From assembly GCA_051294375.1 (NCBI GenBank), contig CM119264.1, positions 19,971,590 through 20,035,589 on the forward strand: DNA of 64,000 bases, written 5' to 3'. Numbering within the stretch: the first letter of the stretch is position 1; every line of letters begins with the position of its first letter. The notes under the pieces are model-generated. The model was not told the origin of the DNA. It made no database searches and was given only the letters and a program-made list of their open reading frames with translations. Below are positions 54,101 through 63,098 of this stretch, piece after piece. The stretch comes from Paraspadella gotoi (taxonomy: Eukaryota; Animalia; Chaetognatha). A program made the translations under genes and the position numbers.

Positions 54101-57100
54101 CATATCATCATTTATTCAGTTTTTTTTGCTCATTTTTTCATTCAAAATAAAAGAGATGATATTTACTTTTTAATACGCAAATCGTATATGGGAGTAACAG
54201 AAAGATTTTCAACTTTGGGAACTTTATTAATGAAACTTCATACATTTTTCTGAAAAAACTTTCAATGGAGGAGCAAACATTTTCTAAAATGGCAAGAAGG
54301 CATTAGTAATTAATTTTTTAATATTTATTTATAGATAAGAAATGTCAAAAATTTTTTTTTGAATTGTTATTTTTAAAAAGCAGATTCAAAATGGCTTATG
54401 AAAAGTTAATCTACACAAAGCTATAATTCTTTTTTTCACTAATTTCTTGAAATGATAAGTGGGTTAAACATTGAGAAAAAACGCTAAAAAATCAATCATC
54501 ATCCATACATCATGCCCGATTAATTTTAGCAAGTTTTTTTCTAATTTTTAGTAATAAAGACATCCAAAATTTTAAAAGTTGTAATTCATATTTTTGCTTA
54601 ACTTTTAAGCTTATCAGAATCATTAAGAAAAACTTAAAATATCCAAAAAAAATTTGACATTCATACTAGCAATAAAATACTATTAATTAGGCGAATTACT
54701 CATGGTTCGGAACATTTTTGTAAAAAAATATTTTTAACACAAAATAATTAAATAACGCAATAATGGAATTAGTTTAATTGGCTTTCCAGTTAAAATTTGA
54801 ATTTGGTCGGACTACCTCTACCAAACTTCTGACCCACCCCATTGACGAAGTTTGGCGCTATTAAAAAGTAAATATCATCTCTTTTATTTTGAATGAAAAA
54901 ATGAGCAAAAAAAACTGAATAAATGATGAATATGAATGAATAAATGAATGAAAATAACATAATGAACAAATATGATTAAAAAATAAGAAAAAGTAAAGAA
55001 ATGAAAAAAGAATAGAAAAAGAATAAAAGAAAAAATTAAAAAATAGAAAAAAAAAAAGAAAAAAAATTGGTTACCATCGAAAGCTGGCTCGATTTTATGC
55101 TTAAAGATTTTAGTGTCGTTCAGACATGACAGTGTTATGTCTATCTTTAATTTATCTGATTTTAATATTATAACTTCTCCATATAACCTATTATTTTTTT
55201 TGTAGGTAAGTTAAAAAAAATTTTTGAAGATTTACGAATAAGTTTAAATCATCAAATACTTAATGTTTTGTATCGGCTTCCGTGGGCCCTAACATTAACC
55301 ATATTCCATTCCCTCGGCTCGCGACATCGCCATGCCTCACTCTTAACTACCGGGCCTGATCCATACCTTGACTCTAAACCTGATCCGGCTCGTAGATCAT
55401 CCTCGCCCTAAACCTATCCCAGCAGATTCCGCTCTAAAATTTACCTTGTCGGTTCGTCGGTCCTACCCCTAATCTGTCGGTAGCACTTAGCATCATGTCA
55501 GAACAGTCTATTATTATTATTTATAAATGATGCTAAAAAATTTTATGTCCCTCTGTCCGTCCATTCCGCCCCTTTGAACACCAATTACTCTTAGTGGATG
55601 GCCCGATTTACTTGAAATTTTGTGTGATCCAGCTGGAAATCAAGTTTTGATGAATTCCCGAGTGGAAATGAGTTTCAATGAAAAAAATATAAACCGTTTA
55701 ACATTTTTTTTTCTTTTTATATAAAGTAAATCAATCAATTTTTTATATAAAATAAAAAATGTATTCAGTAGTGAAACGGATTTGTTGTTTTTTCATTTAA
55801 ACTTCTTTCTCCCGCGGACGTTTATATAATTAATTAAATAATCTTCCAATTATAAAAAAGGAAAAAGTATAATCAAATATTCATTTCAACCATAACATTA
55901 CAATATGCTTGAAAATCTTTTCATGTTTTATTTGATTATAATACCGTTTATTAAAAAAGTAAATATCATCTCTTATTATTTGAATGAAAAAATGAGCAAA
56001 AAAAAACTGAATAAATGATGATATGAATCAATAAATGAATGAAAATAACATAATGAACAAATTGATTAAAAAATAGAAAAAAGTAAAGAATGCAAAAAAG
56101 AAATAGAAAAAGAATAAAAGAAAAAATTAAAAAAATAGGAAAAAATAAAAAAAAATATAAATAGAAACTGAAAAATGAAACGAATTTAAAAAAAGAATAC
56201 AAAAAATTAGTGGTATGTATTATTAGAAAGGGCAGCGCGAGCACTATCACTGAAGATGCAAGTAACAAATAATATATAATAAAGAAGAAAATTANNNNNN
56301 NNNNNNNNNNNNNNNNNNNAAAAAAAAAAAAAACATAAAACAGGAACGAATATAAGAAAATAAAAGAATAACAGGAAAAAAATTAACACATATAAAAATA
56401 AAAGAAAAAACATAAAATGTAGCAGCTCGAAGATAAATGAAACAATTAAAGAGATAGTAAGTATTGTTATGTGTTGGTGACAGAACCATTCAATATAAGC
56501 AGTCCCTGAACTTTGGATCAAGCTGTAACACCGTGTTACAGGCGGGTTAAGCGCTTAACTGCTGAGGCAACCACCGGCTAGAACCCCGGACCTTTGGGTT
56601 GGAGGAAATGACTTGCCTCCAGCACCAATGGCCGCTGATGAATGGTTGGTGGATTTTAGTCCACAATACATCCCATCACCAAGTTGAGGCATGTCGCCTG
56701 ATGTGTTGGCCGAAAGTGCATTGCCAGGTTGAGGCATGTCGCCTGAAAGTGTTGTTGTTGCTGTTGTGTTTGGAAGTCGGGCTCACCAATGAAGAGACAG
56801 TAATTATTGATATATGTTAGTGACAGAACCGTTCAATATAAGCAGTCCCTGAGTCTGTAACACCAGTTGGTGGATTTTAGTCCACCATACAATCCGATTA
56901 ACATTTGACCACCTAAGAAACAAAAAAAAAACAGCACTGAACAGCATTAAAAAATTATTTATCTAGGTTTATTAATTTATCTAGGTTTATTAATTACAAA
57001 ATCTATTATTCGATCAAATATTCTATCAACCGATTAATCAGGCAATGATTAATTACCGCTAAATTGTCGTGATGAGATCCGGCATTGTTTGTTCAAAATT

Positions 57101-60100
57101 TGTAGTTGCTCCGCGAGTACTCACAAAGAAACTTTTTGGTCAGTCGGTTGGTCCGTCTGTCCCATTTAAGTTGTTTAAGTACACATAACTCCAGCAATAC
57201 TGAATCATTTTGATCATTGCTTAGCTGATAACAACGTTCCATACCTGTATAGTATCCGATCATATAACTCGAAGATTTAGACTTTATAATTTATTTATTC
57301 ATGTACATACATGATTATTTTAACTAATAAGTGGTAACTTTTTCAAATTGTTTTGCATTTTCTCTGATGGTGAAAGAGTGAAAAAACTTTTACTGTTCAC
57401 TTCCGCTATTTTTAATATTTTTTACTGCAGTATTTATTCTTTTTGCAGGAAGGTCAAAAAATAGAATCTTCTAATCGAAGAATCAAGCAAATACAAAACT
57501 TGGATGGCGTGATTCAACTTGTGATAAATTCTTGCGTAATGGACGATGATGGTACATATGAAGTTAAAGTTGGCTCTAAAAAATCTTCATGTCGATTTCA
57601 TGTAAAAGGTAATACATTTTATTTGAGAGGAGTGTATTAAAATATTTTGGATGCGTCATAGAGTTAAATAAATAATTAAACATAATAACTTGATAGGCTC
57701 TTATTCTTTTAAATAAACCTAAATTAATGAAATTTAAGATAGTTTTTTATCTCGCCAGACGGGCGATAGCCCTACTTGGGCGAGATTTTAATTCTTTCCT
57801 ACTTCTTTGATCGTAGTCATTGTTGTTGTCGTCATCGTTATCATGTTGTTTTACCATTGGAAATAGCTCAAGTGTGTAACTATAGGAAGCTAAAAATTTA
57901 CATATGGCTTATCATTAAGGTCTTTTAAATTGTTATGTTTCATATTGCTATACGCATTTATTTATATTTTATTTACAATACAATTTTTATATATATAGAC
58001 AAGTTCAGCTCTGCAGCTGCTGTCCAGTGGCGGTCCAACGACTGTCCAGTTTCTCTTTATTTTTCTCTCTTTTTCTCTCTCTCTCATATATGTTTCTCTC
58101 TCTCTCTTTTTTCCATCGCTGCCTCTTCTGATTAAGCTCTGAAGCAGCTGTCTAGCTTCTTCCCTCTATCTTTTTTTCTCTTTCTCTCTCTCCCTCTCTT
58201 TCTCTCTTTGTCTCTTATTGTATCAATGAATGATTATCATCGTATCAAAGAATATCTATCACCGCTTCAATGAATGATTATGATCGCATCCATCATTTGG
58301 TTATCATTACATCAATATTTGGTTATCATCGCATCAATAATTGATTATCATTACCTTAATAATTAATAACTAATACATCAATCAATAAATTACTATTACA
58401 TCAATCAATCAATTACTATTATATCAATAAATCAATTACTATTAAATCAATCAATGAATTATTATTATATCAATCAATAAATTATTATTACATCAATAAT
58501 TCATTATTGCATCAATCATTTGTTTGTTTTTTTCTTTAATTTTCTTTGATAGTAACGTCTGGCGATATCACTATACTTTTAAGATTTTTTTTTTAAATTT
58601 TAACTACAGTTTCAGATTAAGTACGAAAAATTATAAAACCTTTGTAAAATATTAAATATCTTATTTGGCATTTTTACTCCCCAGTAGAGTAGTAGGAACT
58701 CTTCCAATAGCGCCCCATTTATATTATTTAATTCATGAACCTAAATTAATTAAATCTTAATATTTAACCTTAATCTGTTAATAACCAAAATCCCTAACCC
58801 TAATTCCCAACCTTAATCCCAAACCTAATCTTTAACCCTAAACCTAAACCCCAATCCCCAATCTTTAACCACAACCCTTAACTTTAAACTTTAGTACCTA
58901 ACCCTAATCCCTAACCTAATCCCAAAACTCATCCCTAAACCTAACCTTTAACCTAATCTTTAAACCTAAAAACTAATTTAATACCGATTTTAAGCTGAAA
59001 TGGGCCGTTCTGGAAAAATAATGCCCAGTAATACCTTGTAAATTAAACCTTTTTTCCATTTTTGATGCTGAAGATATCAGAATTTTGTGTAACATATTCT
59101 ATTCTATTTTAATGAGGAATCTAAATCTTTTAAAATTTAAAAAAAAATTGGAATTTACTATTTTTCAATGATAGCAATGCCACAAGTAAATTGTAAAATT
59201 GTAAATTAAAAAAAAAATTTAGTTAGCTTAAATATTTATGCGGTTTTTAACTGCTGTATTCTCTTGAATAATCATTTGTATTTTCTTGCTAGTCTAATTC
59301 AAGTGAAAAAATTATGGATCCATAATAAAGATGGATTTTAGGATGTAAATGTGGTTCTATGGTTAGTGATTTCAAACTGCCGATTACAACTGTTCAGTTT
59401 ATTTTAAATATTATTTATTGTAAATTTTCCAGAAGGGCCAGTTGTCTTCTCTCGCGAGTTAAATAATATGTCTGTAAAAGAAGGAGCGCCGGCAATTCTT
59501 CATGCCGCTGTCAATAAAATAAGATACATTCAATCTGGAACATCTGTGAATATTACATGGTAAGTTTTATTCTAAACAACTTTTATTGATTCATTCGATA
59601 TTTCACATTGTTAAAAATAGCTTTACTTAATTATTGGTAAATTTTGAGACTGATACTCCTGCGATGTTATTGTGCCCCAGTGGCGAAACCGTCGTCTCCA
59701 CACCGCCAGGCTTAGCGGAGCAACTTTATAAATCATTTTTCATTCGTTTTGTCGATCTGTCAGTCTCGTCTGTTCTTATAGTTTAAATGTTTATATGTCT
59801 TGGAAATATTTAATATATCTTATCATATGCATGCATTACATAGTTGGTAGTCGCGTGATCACTTGAATATGCCAGATAGAAAATGCAATTAAATGGCCAG
59901 TTCAGCCTATTATGACTTTAACTCCCATCATTTTTTCCACTCACATCATTTTTTAAACTCACATCATTTTTTCAATTTGCATCATTTTTACAATTCGCAT
60001 CATTTTTTCAACTTGTGTCATTTTTTTAACTTGCATCTTTTTTTTTAACTTGCATCATTTTTTTTAACTTGCATCATTTTTTCAACTTGCATAATTTTTT

Positions 60101-63098
60101 TAACTTGAATATTTTTTTTAAATTGCATCATTTTTTCACATTAATTAATTAATTAAAACATTTATTAGTAATCATAAATAATAAAGATTTAAGTAAATGT
60201 GACTTATGTTTTTTCCATTTAAACTCATTTCCACAGGCACGATTCCGTCAAAACTTTATATCTAGCTTCTTCCCACACTTTCCTACCCGCACACAAAATT
60301 TCATCTCTATCTATTCATTCAATTATGAATAATTTATGGTTAAAATAAGTAAAAAGATTCAAGTAAATGTGACTCATATTTTTTTCATTTAAACTCATTT
60401 CCACTGCACGTTTCCACCGAAAATTTATATCAAGCTTCGTCACACACTTTCCTACCCACACACAACATTTCAACTCAATCTATCCATCCAATTATTAGGG
60501 TGGTTAAAATAAGTAAAAAGATTTTAGTAAATGCGACTTATGTTTTTTCCACCAAAACTTTATATCCAGCTTCATCACACACTTTCCTACCGACACATAA
60601 AATTTCATTACAATCCAACTACCCAATAACGAGTTATTGGAGCTTTTTGCTAAGATGGGACAGACGGACGGACATAATTTTTTTGCATATTTATCATAAT
60701 TCGATGTTCTGACATGATGTAAGTGATTGCCCGACAATATTGAGGGGGCGGACAGACGGACCGACAAAGTGAAAGCAGATCCGACTAAAAATAGCACTGT
60801 ATCCCAAATCGATGTTTTCTTTTAACAAGTTTGAGCAAACAATGTCGGATCTGCCCACGATCATTGGCGGTAATTAATTAATTAATTAATACAAACTATA
60901 TAAACTAAAATAATAATTTAATTAATAAATTAATTGATTGATTGATTAGATAATTAATTAATTTATAAATAAATTGAATATTGAATATTTAATTAATAGA
61001 TAATTAAATAAATTGATTGATTGATTAATTAAATATTTATTTATTAATTGACTAATTGATTAATTAACTGATTAATTGTTTATTTAATCAATACATCTTG
61101 CATTTACATTTAATATAAAAAGAAAAAGAAGCATAATCAATTAGTGAAATAAGTTTTTTGTTTTTTCCATTATATTTCCATTAAGACGATTCCATCGAAA
61201 CTTGATTTCCAACTTAATCACACATTTTCCTACCCACATACAAAATTTTAAGTCAATCATCCCGTCCACTCATGAATAATTGCCGATCAAATAGTGAAAT
61301 ATATTTTTTTGTTTTTTCCATTTAAACTCATTTCCACTTGCACGATTCCATCAAAACTTCATATCCAGCTAAATCACACACTTCTTTACTCACACACAAG
61401 CAATTAGAGTTTTTTGCTAAGGTGGGACAGACGGATGGATGGATTGACGGACATCGTTTTTTTTTTGCAAAATTTATCATAATCCGATGTTCTGACATGA
61501 TATAAGTGAATGCCCGACAAGATTGAGGGGGTGGACCGACGGACCGACAAAGTGAATTATAGAGTCAGGATCTGCTTATAAGCCGATCCAATTAAAAATG
61601 AAGCTATTCTCAAATTTTTTATATGATTTTATTATATAATTGTTATCCTTATTATTAAATTTTTAGTCGGATCTGCTTATCAGCAGATCTCGTCTCTATG
61701 ATTCACTTTGTCGGTCCGTCGGTCCACTCCATCAATATTGTCGGGCCCTCACTTATATCATGTCAGAACATCAAATTATGATAAATTATGCTTAGAGAAA
61801 GCAAAGAATTTTTAATTTTTAATAACGATTTTTAATTAATAGTTGGACATGTTTCGGCTTGTTTACTTCAAGCCTTCTTCAGCATATGACATTCAATAAT
61901 AAATTTTGTTTAAAAGAAGAGTGTGAGAGAAAGAGAGAGAGAGGGTAAAAGTTTTTCCAACAAAGTGGTGAGACAGAATAGTGGTCAGATGTGAGGACAG
62001 GTTGAAGGTGAGGGCAGATTGAGTGAGTTGTAAAATGAAGTGAAACTTGTTAAAGAGAGAGAGTTAGAGAGAGAGTGAGAGAGAGAGAGAGAGAGAAACA
62101 AAACAACAGGGATAAATAAATAATAAAGATTCATTTTTGCAATGTACAACAAAGATAAAGAAGTTTGAAAAACTAACATTTGTGAAATTTAACATTTAAC
62201 TAGTGAATAAATAAGTAATTAGCTAAGGGATAGATAAGTAAAATTGAAATAAATTATGCAAAAAAAATGATGTCCGTCCGTCCCACCTTAGCAAAAACAC
62301 CAATTACTCGTGATTGGATGGATGGATTGGATTGAAATTTTGTGTGTGGGTAGGGAAGTGTGTGATTGAGCTGGATATGAAGTTTCGATGGAATCGTCCG
62401 AGTGGAAATGAGTTTAAATGGACAAAACAAAAAAATATATTTTACAATCTGAAGACCAATTGATCATGAGTGGAAGGGGCGATTGACCTGGAATTTTGTA
62501 TGTGGGTAGGAAAGTGTGTGGTTAAGCTGGAAATTAAGTTTCGATGGAATGGTTTGAGTGGAAATGAGTTTAAATGGAAAAAACAAGAAAGTCTGTTTCA
62601 CTAATTGATTATGCTTCTTTTTTCCTTTTATATTAAATGTAAATGCATTATGTATTAATTAATCAATAATTAATTAATCAGTCAATCAATCAAGTCAATC
62701 ATTATCGGCATTATTCTCATCGTCGTCATTGCTTTTGTCGTAGTTAGTAACAAAAAGTCCTAAAAACAAACATTTGGGATCAAATTAATTATTTAATTAT
62801 TAATTAATTAATTATCGATGATGATCGTGGGAAGATCCGACATTGTTTGCTCAAACTTGTTATTGTTGAACATGGCTGTTTATGTTTTTTTTTTTTTAGG
62901 TACAGAAACAATATACCGATTTCAAGATTTGATGACAGAGTTGAAGTTAAGCAAGATGACTGTCAATTATATTGCACAATCAAAAAAATAACTCTTGATG
63001 AAAATGGCGCTATCTACTCTGTTACTGCCGATAACTCCACGACTACCGCATCTCTTCAAGTTGCAGAAGAACCTTTGTACTTCATAGAAAAATTAACA
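11557..63098 (+). CDS. Partial multi-exon gene for a giant Ig I-set repeat protein (obscurin/UNC-89/titin-like), 24 exons, ~23 Ig domains; incomplete at both ends
   Basis: Repeated motif ELP..F...L.D..V.E...A.F.C......V.W.K.G......Y......LII......D.G.Y.C......TSA.L.V. All exons have AG/GT boundaries and consistent phases when joined. No signal peptide or TM segment seen. Family assignment is by motif recognition only. Confidence 0.9.
12388..12654 (+). CDS. Ig exon 2 (phase 1-1, 267 bp)
   Basis: ttttcag|TACTTCCA...AAGG|gtatgt; LPLKIISHLQD...DSGNYLC. Confidence 0.92.
13083..13352 (+). CDS. Ig exon 3 (phase 1-1, 270 bp)
   Basis: tttag|AATTACCA...GAAG|gtaaac; ELPLEF...DEAKYTC. Confidence 0.92.
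13444..13707 (+). CDS. Ig exon 4 (phase 1-1, 264 bp)
   Basis: ctag|AAGCACCA...CAAG|gtttgt; APLNFTKELTD...DEGRY. Confidence 0.92.
13765..14031 (+). CDS. Ig exon 5 (phase 1-1, 267 bp)
   Basis: tttcag|AGATGCCC...GAAG|gtattt; follows a 57-bp intron. Confidence 0.92.
14449..15816. mobile_element. Two-armed Penelope-like insertion (pLTR only), left end interrupted by an N gap
   Basis: TSD aagttggttattt (14436-14448, 15817-15829); inverted arm 14686-15420, direct arm 15421-15816 with tail; hammerhead on - strand 14736-14776, mutated copy on + 15687-15727. Confidence 0.85.
16052..16318 (+). CDS. Ig exon 6 (phase 1-1, 267 bp)
   Basis: ttccag|AAATTCCG...AAAG|gtttaa; DAGQYQC. Confidence 0.92.
16476..16748 (+). 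CDS. Ig exon 7 (phase 1-1, 273 bp)
   Basis: tacag|AATTACCT...GAAG|gtgagc. Confidence 0.92.
16858..17124 (+). CDS. Ig exon 8 (phase 1-1, 267 bp)
   Basis: aatag|AACTACCC...AAAG|gtaata. Confidence 0.92.
17238..17504 (+). CDS. Ig exon 9 (phase 1-1, 267 bp)
   Basis: aacag|AATTACCA...AAAG|gtaaaa. Confidence 0.92.
17824..18421. mobile_element. hAT-type MITE (TAAGGCG family)
   Basis: TIR as at 6998; perfect 8-bp TSD gtgtataa. Confidence 0.92.
18521..18787 (+). CDS. Ig exon 10 (phase 1-1, 267 bp)
   Basis: cacag|AGCTGCCA...AAAG|gtaaaa. Confidence 0.92.
19030..19345. mobile_element. Small TIR-like element filled with degenerate TTAGGG repeats
   Basis: ccagaacgctccatttt...ggttagggttagggattagg...aaaggggcacg; same layout as 58695-59025. 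Confidence 0.55.
19507..19776 (+). CDS. Ig exon 11 (phase 1-1, 270 bp)
   Basis: tttag|AACCACCT...GAAG|gtgagt. Confidence 0.92.
20248..20514 (+). CDS. Ig exon 12 (phase 1-1, 267 bp)
   Basis: tttcag|AATTACCT...AAAG|gtaaaa. Confidence 0.92.
20655..21188 (+). CDS. Ig exon 13, two domains (phase 1-1, 534 bp)
   Basis: tttcag|AGAATCCC...GAAG|gtttgt; two complete I-set motifs. Confidence 0.92.
21923..22201 (+). CDS. Ig exon 14 (phase 1-1, 279 bp)
   Basis: aatag|AAATTCCC...GAAG|gtaagt. Confidence 0.92.
23155..23263 (+). mobile_element. Minimal (109 bp) two-armed Penelope-like insertion
   Basis: TSD agattggtaactt (23142-23154, 23264-23276); inverted taggagaaaaaacaatttatttgtttt plus direct arm ending in caacgaaa tail. 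Confidence 0.8.
23739..23780 (+). ncRNA. Minimal type I hammerhead ribozyme in a short pLTR remnant
   Basis: gcg CTGATGAA ggctc gaatttat gagcc GAAA catg TC tgc, followed by the pLTR aaaatcgttg motif. Confidence 0.85.
23894..24160 (+). CDS. Ig exon 15 (phase 1-1, 267 bp)
   Basis: aacag|AGGAGCCC...AAAG|gtaaat; EPLKVVIPLENQTILENDTATFVC. Confidence 0.92.
24262..25065 (+). CDS. Ig exon 16, three domains (phase 1-1, 804 bp)
   Basis: tatcag|AAAGACCA...TTAG|gtaaat; ORF 24303-25094. Confidence 0.92.
25706..25747 (-). ncRNA. Hammerhead ribozyme (inverted arm)
   Basis: Reverse complement of 28534-28575. Confidence 0.8.
26560..28117 (-). pseudogene. Frameshifted Penelope reverse transcriptase / GIY-YIG endonuclease ORF
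   Basis: Translated by hand across frames: PKVHKPDLPLRPIVS, LVSCDLQSMFTNIP, GLGMGKSTSSPLADFFME, WYRKADDT, HLNSIEASIKWTCEKE, GAVY...YVGETGKSLSDRFKQH, RGIREAIYIKALEPSLNRDGG. Confidence 0.93.
28534..28575 (+). ncRNA. Hammerhead ribozyme (direct arm)
   Basis: tcg CTGAAGAA gactct taataa agagtt GAAA cttg TC cga. Confidence 0.8.
28694..28828 (+). CDS. Ig exon 17, N-half of a domain (phase 1-1)
   Basis: tttag|AGCCTGCT...CGAG|gtaaaa; PAPQIIKGLDD...GQWLRG. Confidence 0.88.
29125..29277 (+). CDS. Ig exon 18, C-half of a domain (phase 1-1; absent from ORF track)
   Basis: tttag|GTCCTCGA...GCTG|gtaagg; PRELRPSYKYQMGKTENVYSLTIKDLMFEDEGDYTF. Confidence 0.9.
29620..30944. mobile_element. Two-armed Penelope-like insertion, divergent subfamily
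   Basis: Direct repeat tagaaaaaagttaaa (29607-29621, 30945-30959); + strand RT-linker remnant IGHVTLPNHKGVTEPLVRV; hammerhead 30818-30858 (gca CTGAAGA...GAAA cata TC tgc); tail caacgaaac. Confidence 0.82.
29679..29983. repeat. LTR-like dispersed repeat interrupting the inverted-arm hammerhead
   Basis: Colinear similarity to 35300-35619 (aagtagacag, tatttataca, caatcggatc, cgagtcgc.gatcc, ctgcgatga); tataaata and aataaa on - strand; no TSD seen. Confidence 0.55.
31278..31422 (+). CDS. Ig exon 19, N-half (phase 1-2; absent from ORF track)
   Basis: gatag|AGGCTCCA...GCAAA|gtgagt; APVVFTKPLSRVTAKEKDDVILEC...FTWKKG. Confidence 0.88.
31484..32741 (+). mobile_element. Helentron/DINE-1-like non-autonomous element, family A
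   Basis: T-run, subTIR gtcggatctgc, nearby inverted gcagatcccgac, (GTCC)n, internal tandem units, 3' gcagatccgac, gtttg-ct-caaac hairpin, ends cttgtt. Confidence 0.85.
32741..34050 (+). mobile_element. Helentron/DINE-1-like element, family B
   Basis: subTIR atctcgcca / tggcgagat; (GTC)n; 22-bp atcatcgcatcaatgaatgact array; homologue 57743-58594. Confidence 0.75.
34148..34302 (+). CDS. Ig exon 20, C-half (phase 2-1; absent from ORF track)
   Basis: tttag|GCTCGAAG...CAAG|gttaga; LEEDSRIRFEKQGRKLILVMKKISKNDASEYSC. Confidence 0.9.
34318..35225 (+). repeat. Three short heads of another DINE-like family
   Basis: ttttagttgc...cgagtactc...gcaactctataagtc...(GGTC)n at ~34320, ~34472, ~35066; similar at ~57103. 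Confidence 0.6.
34774..35024 (+). mobile_element. Solo LTR (TG...CA, 4-bp TSD) with embedded tRNA-like cassette, copy 2
   Basis: tgtagtcagg...tatccaca flanked by aata/aata; colinear with 3701-3997. Confidence 0.8.
35300..35619. repeat. LTR-like dispersed repeat, copy 2
   Basis: Colinear similarity to 29679-29983; left boundary approximate. Confidence 0.55.
39090..39420 (+). repeat. 18-bp minisatellite (tgaccaaattatgtcagt)n
   Basis: About 18 head-to-tail degenerate units, no spacers. Confidence 0.9.
40070..40300 (+). repeat. Three tandem units gagcagaaaaatgagcataaggatcgttgcaattgca separated by (GA)n
   Basis: Visible at ~40095, ~40181, ~40240. Confidence 0.85.
41718..41830 (+). CDS. Ig exon 21, N-half (phase 1-0; absent from ORF track)
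   Basis: tttcag|AACTGCCT...TTCAAG|gtaaat; ELPLGFDKGLTDIEKIEGEDATLEA...VTWFK. Confidence 0.9.
41929..43358. mobile_element. hAT-type MITE (TAGGGCG family), older copy
   Basis: tagggcgttt...aatgcccta; TSD atgattaa/atcattaa. Confidence 0.85.
42652..43118. mobile_element. Small TIR element with (CCCTAA)-like repeats, possibly Merlin-like
   Basis: Ends ggca...tgcc; subterminal ttgcccccttgc / gcaagggggcaa; perfect 8-bp TSD gaaatatt. Confidence 0.75.
43949..45407 (+). mobile_element. Helentron/DINE-1-like element, family C
   Basis: subTIR atcgagccag / ctggctcgat; 5' hairpin caggaccggc...gccgggtcctg; internal modules shared with family B. Confidence 0.75.
46323..54173 (-). repeat. ~7.8-kb inverted near-copy of 55951-63740 (probable assembly or haplotype duplicate)
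   Basis: Contains reverse copies of exon 24 (46985-47184), exon 23 (50526-50652) and exon 22 (52463-52620) with single-base indels; begins right after a 25-N gap. Confidence 0.92.
53174..53708 (+). mobile_element. TRIM-like LTR element (copy inside the inverted duplicate)
   Basis: LTR...ctcttca, t, tggtgagccgac (PBS), short internal region, gggaggagggga (PPT), second LTR; flanks aatg/attg. Confidence 0.78.
55067..55955 (+). repeat. Direct duplicate of 45361-46285
   Basis: ttggttaccatcgaaagctggctcga...ataccgtttattaaaa repeated with many 1-bp deletions. Confidence 0.9.
56447..56889 (-). mobile_element. TRIM-like non-coding LTR element
   Basis: Two LTR copies (56447-56668; 56780-56889 internally deleted); PBS tggtgagcccgac on - strand; 4-bp TSD caat/caat. 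Confidence 0.8.
57449..57608 (+). CDS. Ig exon 22, C-half (phase 0-1)
   Basis: ttgcag|GAAGGTCA...AAAG|gtaata; continues WFK|EGQKI...DDDGTYEV. Confidence 0.9.
57743..58594 (+). mobile_element. Helentron/DINE-1-like element, family B
   Basis: atctcgccagacg ... cgtctggcgatat; homologous to 32741-34050. Confidence 0.78.
58695..59025. mobile_element. Small TIR element filled with degenerate CCCTAA repeats
   Basis: ggaac...gcgccccattt / aaatgggccg...atgcc; flanks gagtagta/cagtaata (6/8). Confidence 0.6.
59433..59559 (+). CDS. Ig exon 23, N-half (phase 1-2)
   Basis: ttccag|AAGGGCCA...ACATG|gtaagt; GPVVFSRELNNMSVKEG. Confidence 0.88.
59925..60791 (-). mobile_element. DINE-like family A, 3'-truncated, ending in ~18-bp (aacttgcatcattttttt)n array
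   Basis: Family A head on - strand at 60660-60791; internal tandem units. Confidence 0.75.
60823..61592 (-). mobile_element. DINE-like family A
   Basis: aacaagtttgagcaaacaatgtcggatctgc end and family A head on - strand. Confidence 0.8.
61660..62861 (+). mobile_element. DINE-like family A with nested Penelope pLTR
   Basis: ttttagtcggatctgc ... agatccgacattgtttgctcaaacttgtt. Confidence 0.82.
61792..62248 (-). mobile_element. Single-armed, tail-less Penelope pLTR insertion with hammerhead (61843-61885, -)
   Basis: 11-bp TSD ataaattatgc (61781-61791, 62249-62259); tg CTGAAGAA ggcttg aagtaaa caagcc GAAA catg TC ca. Confidence 0.85.
62900..63098 (+). CDS. Ig exon 24, C-half plus start of next domain (phase 2-0)
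   Basis: tttag|GTACAGAA...TTAACA|gtaagc; TG+G restores W of WYRNN...TTASLQVAEEPLYFIEKLT. Confidence 0.88.

Noticed and set aside
56630-56670. Hammerhead suggested by gctgatga in the TRIM LTR
   Set aside because: No stem II plus GAAA follows, and the solo copy at ~3491 reads gctcaatga.
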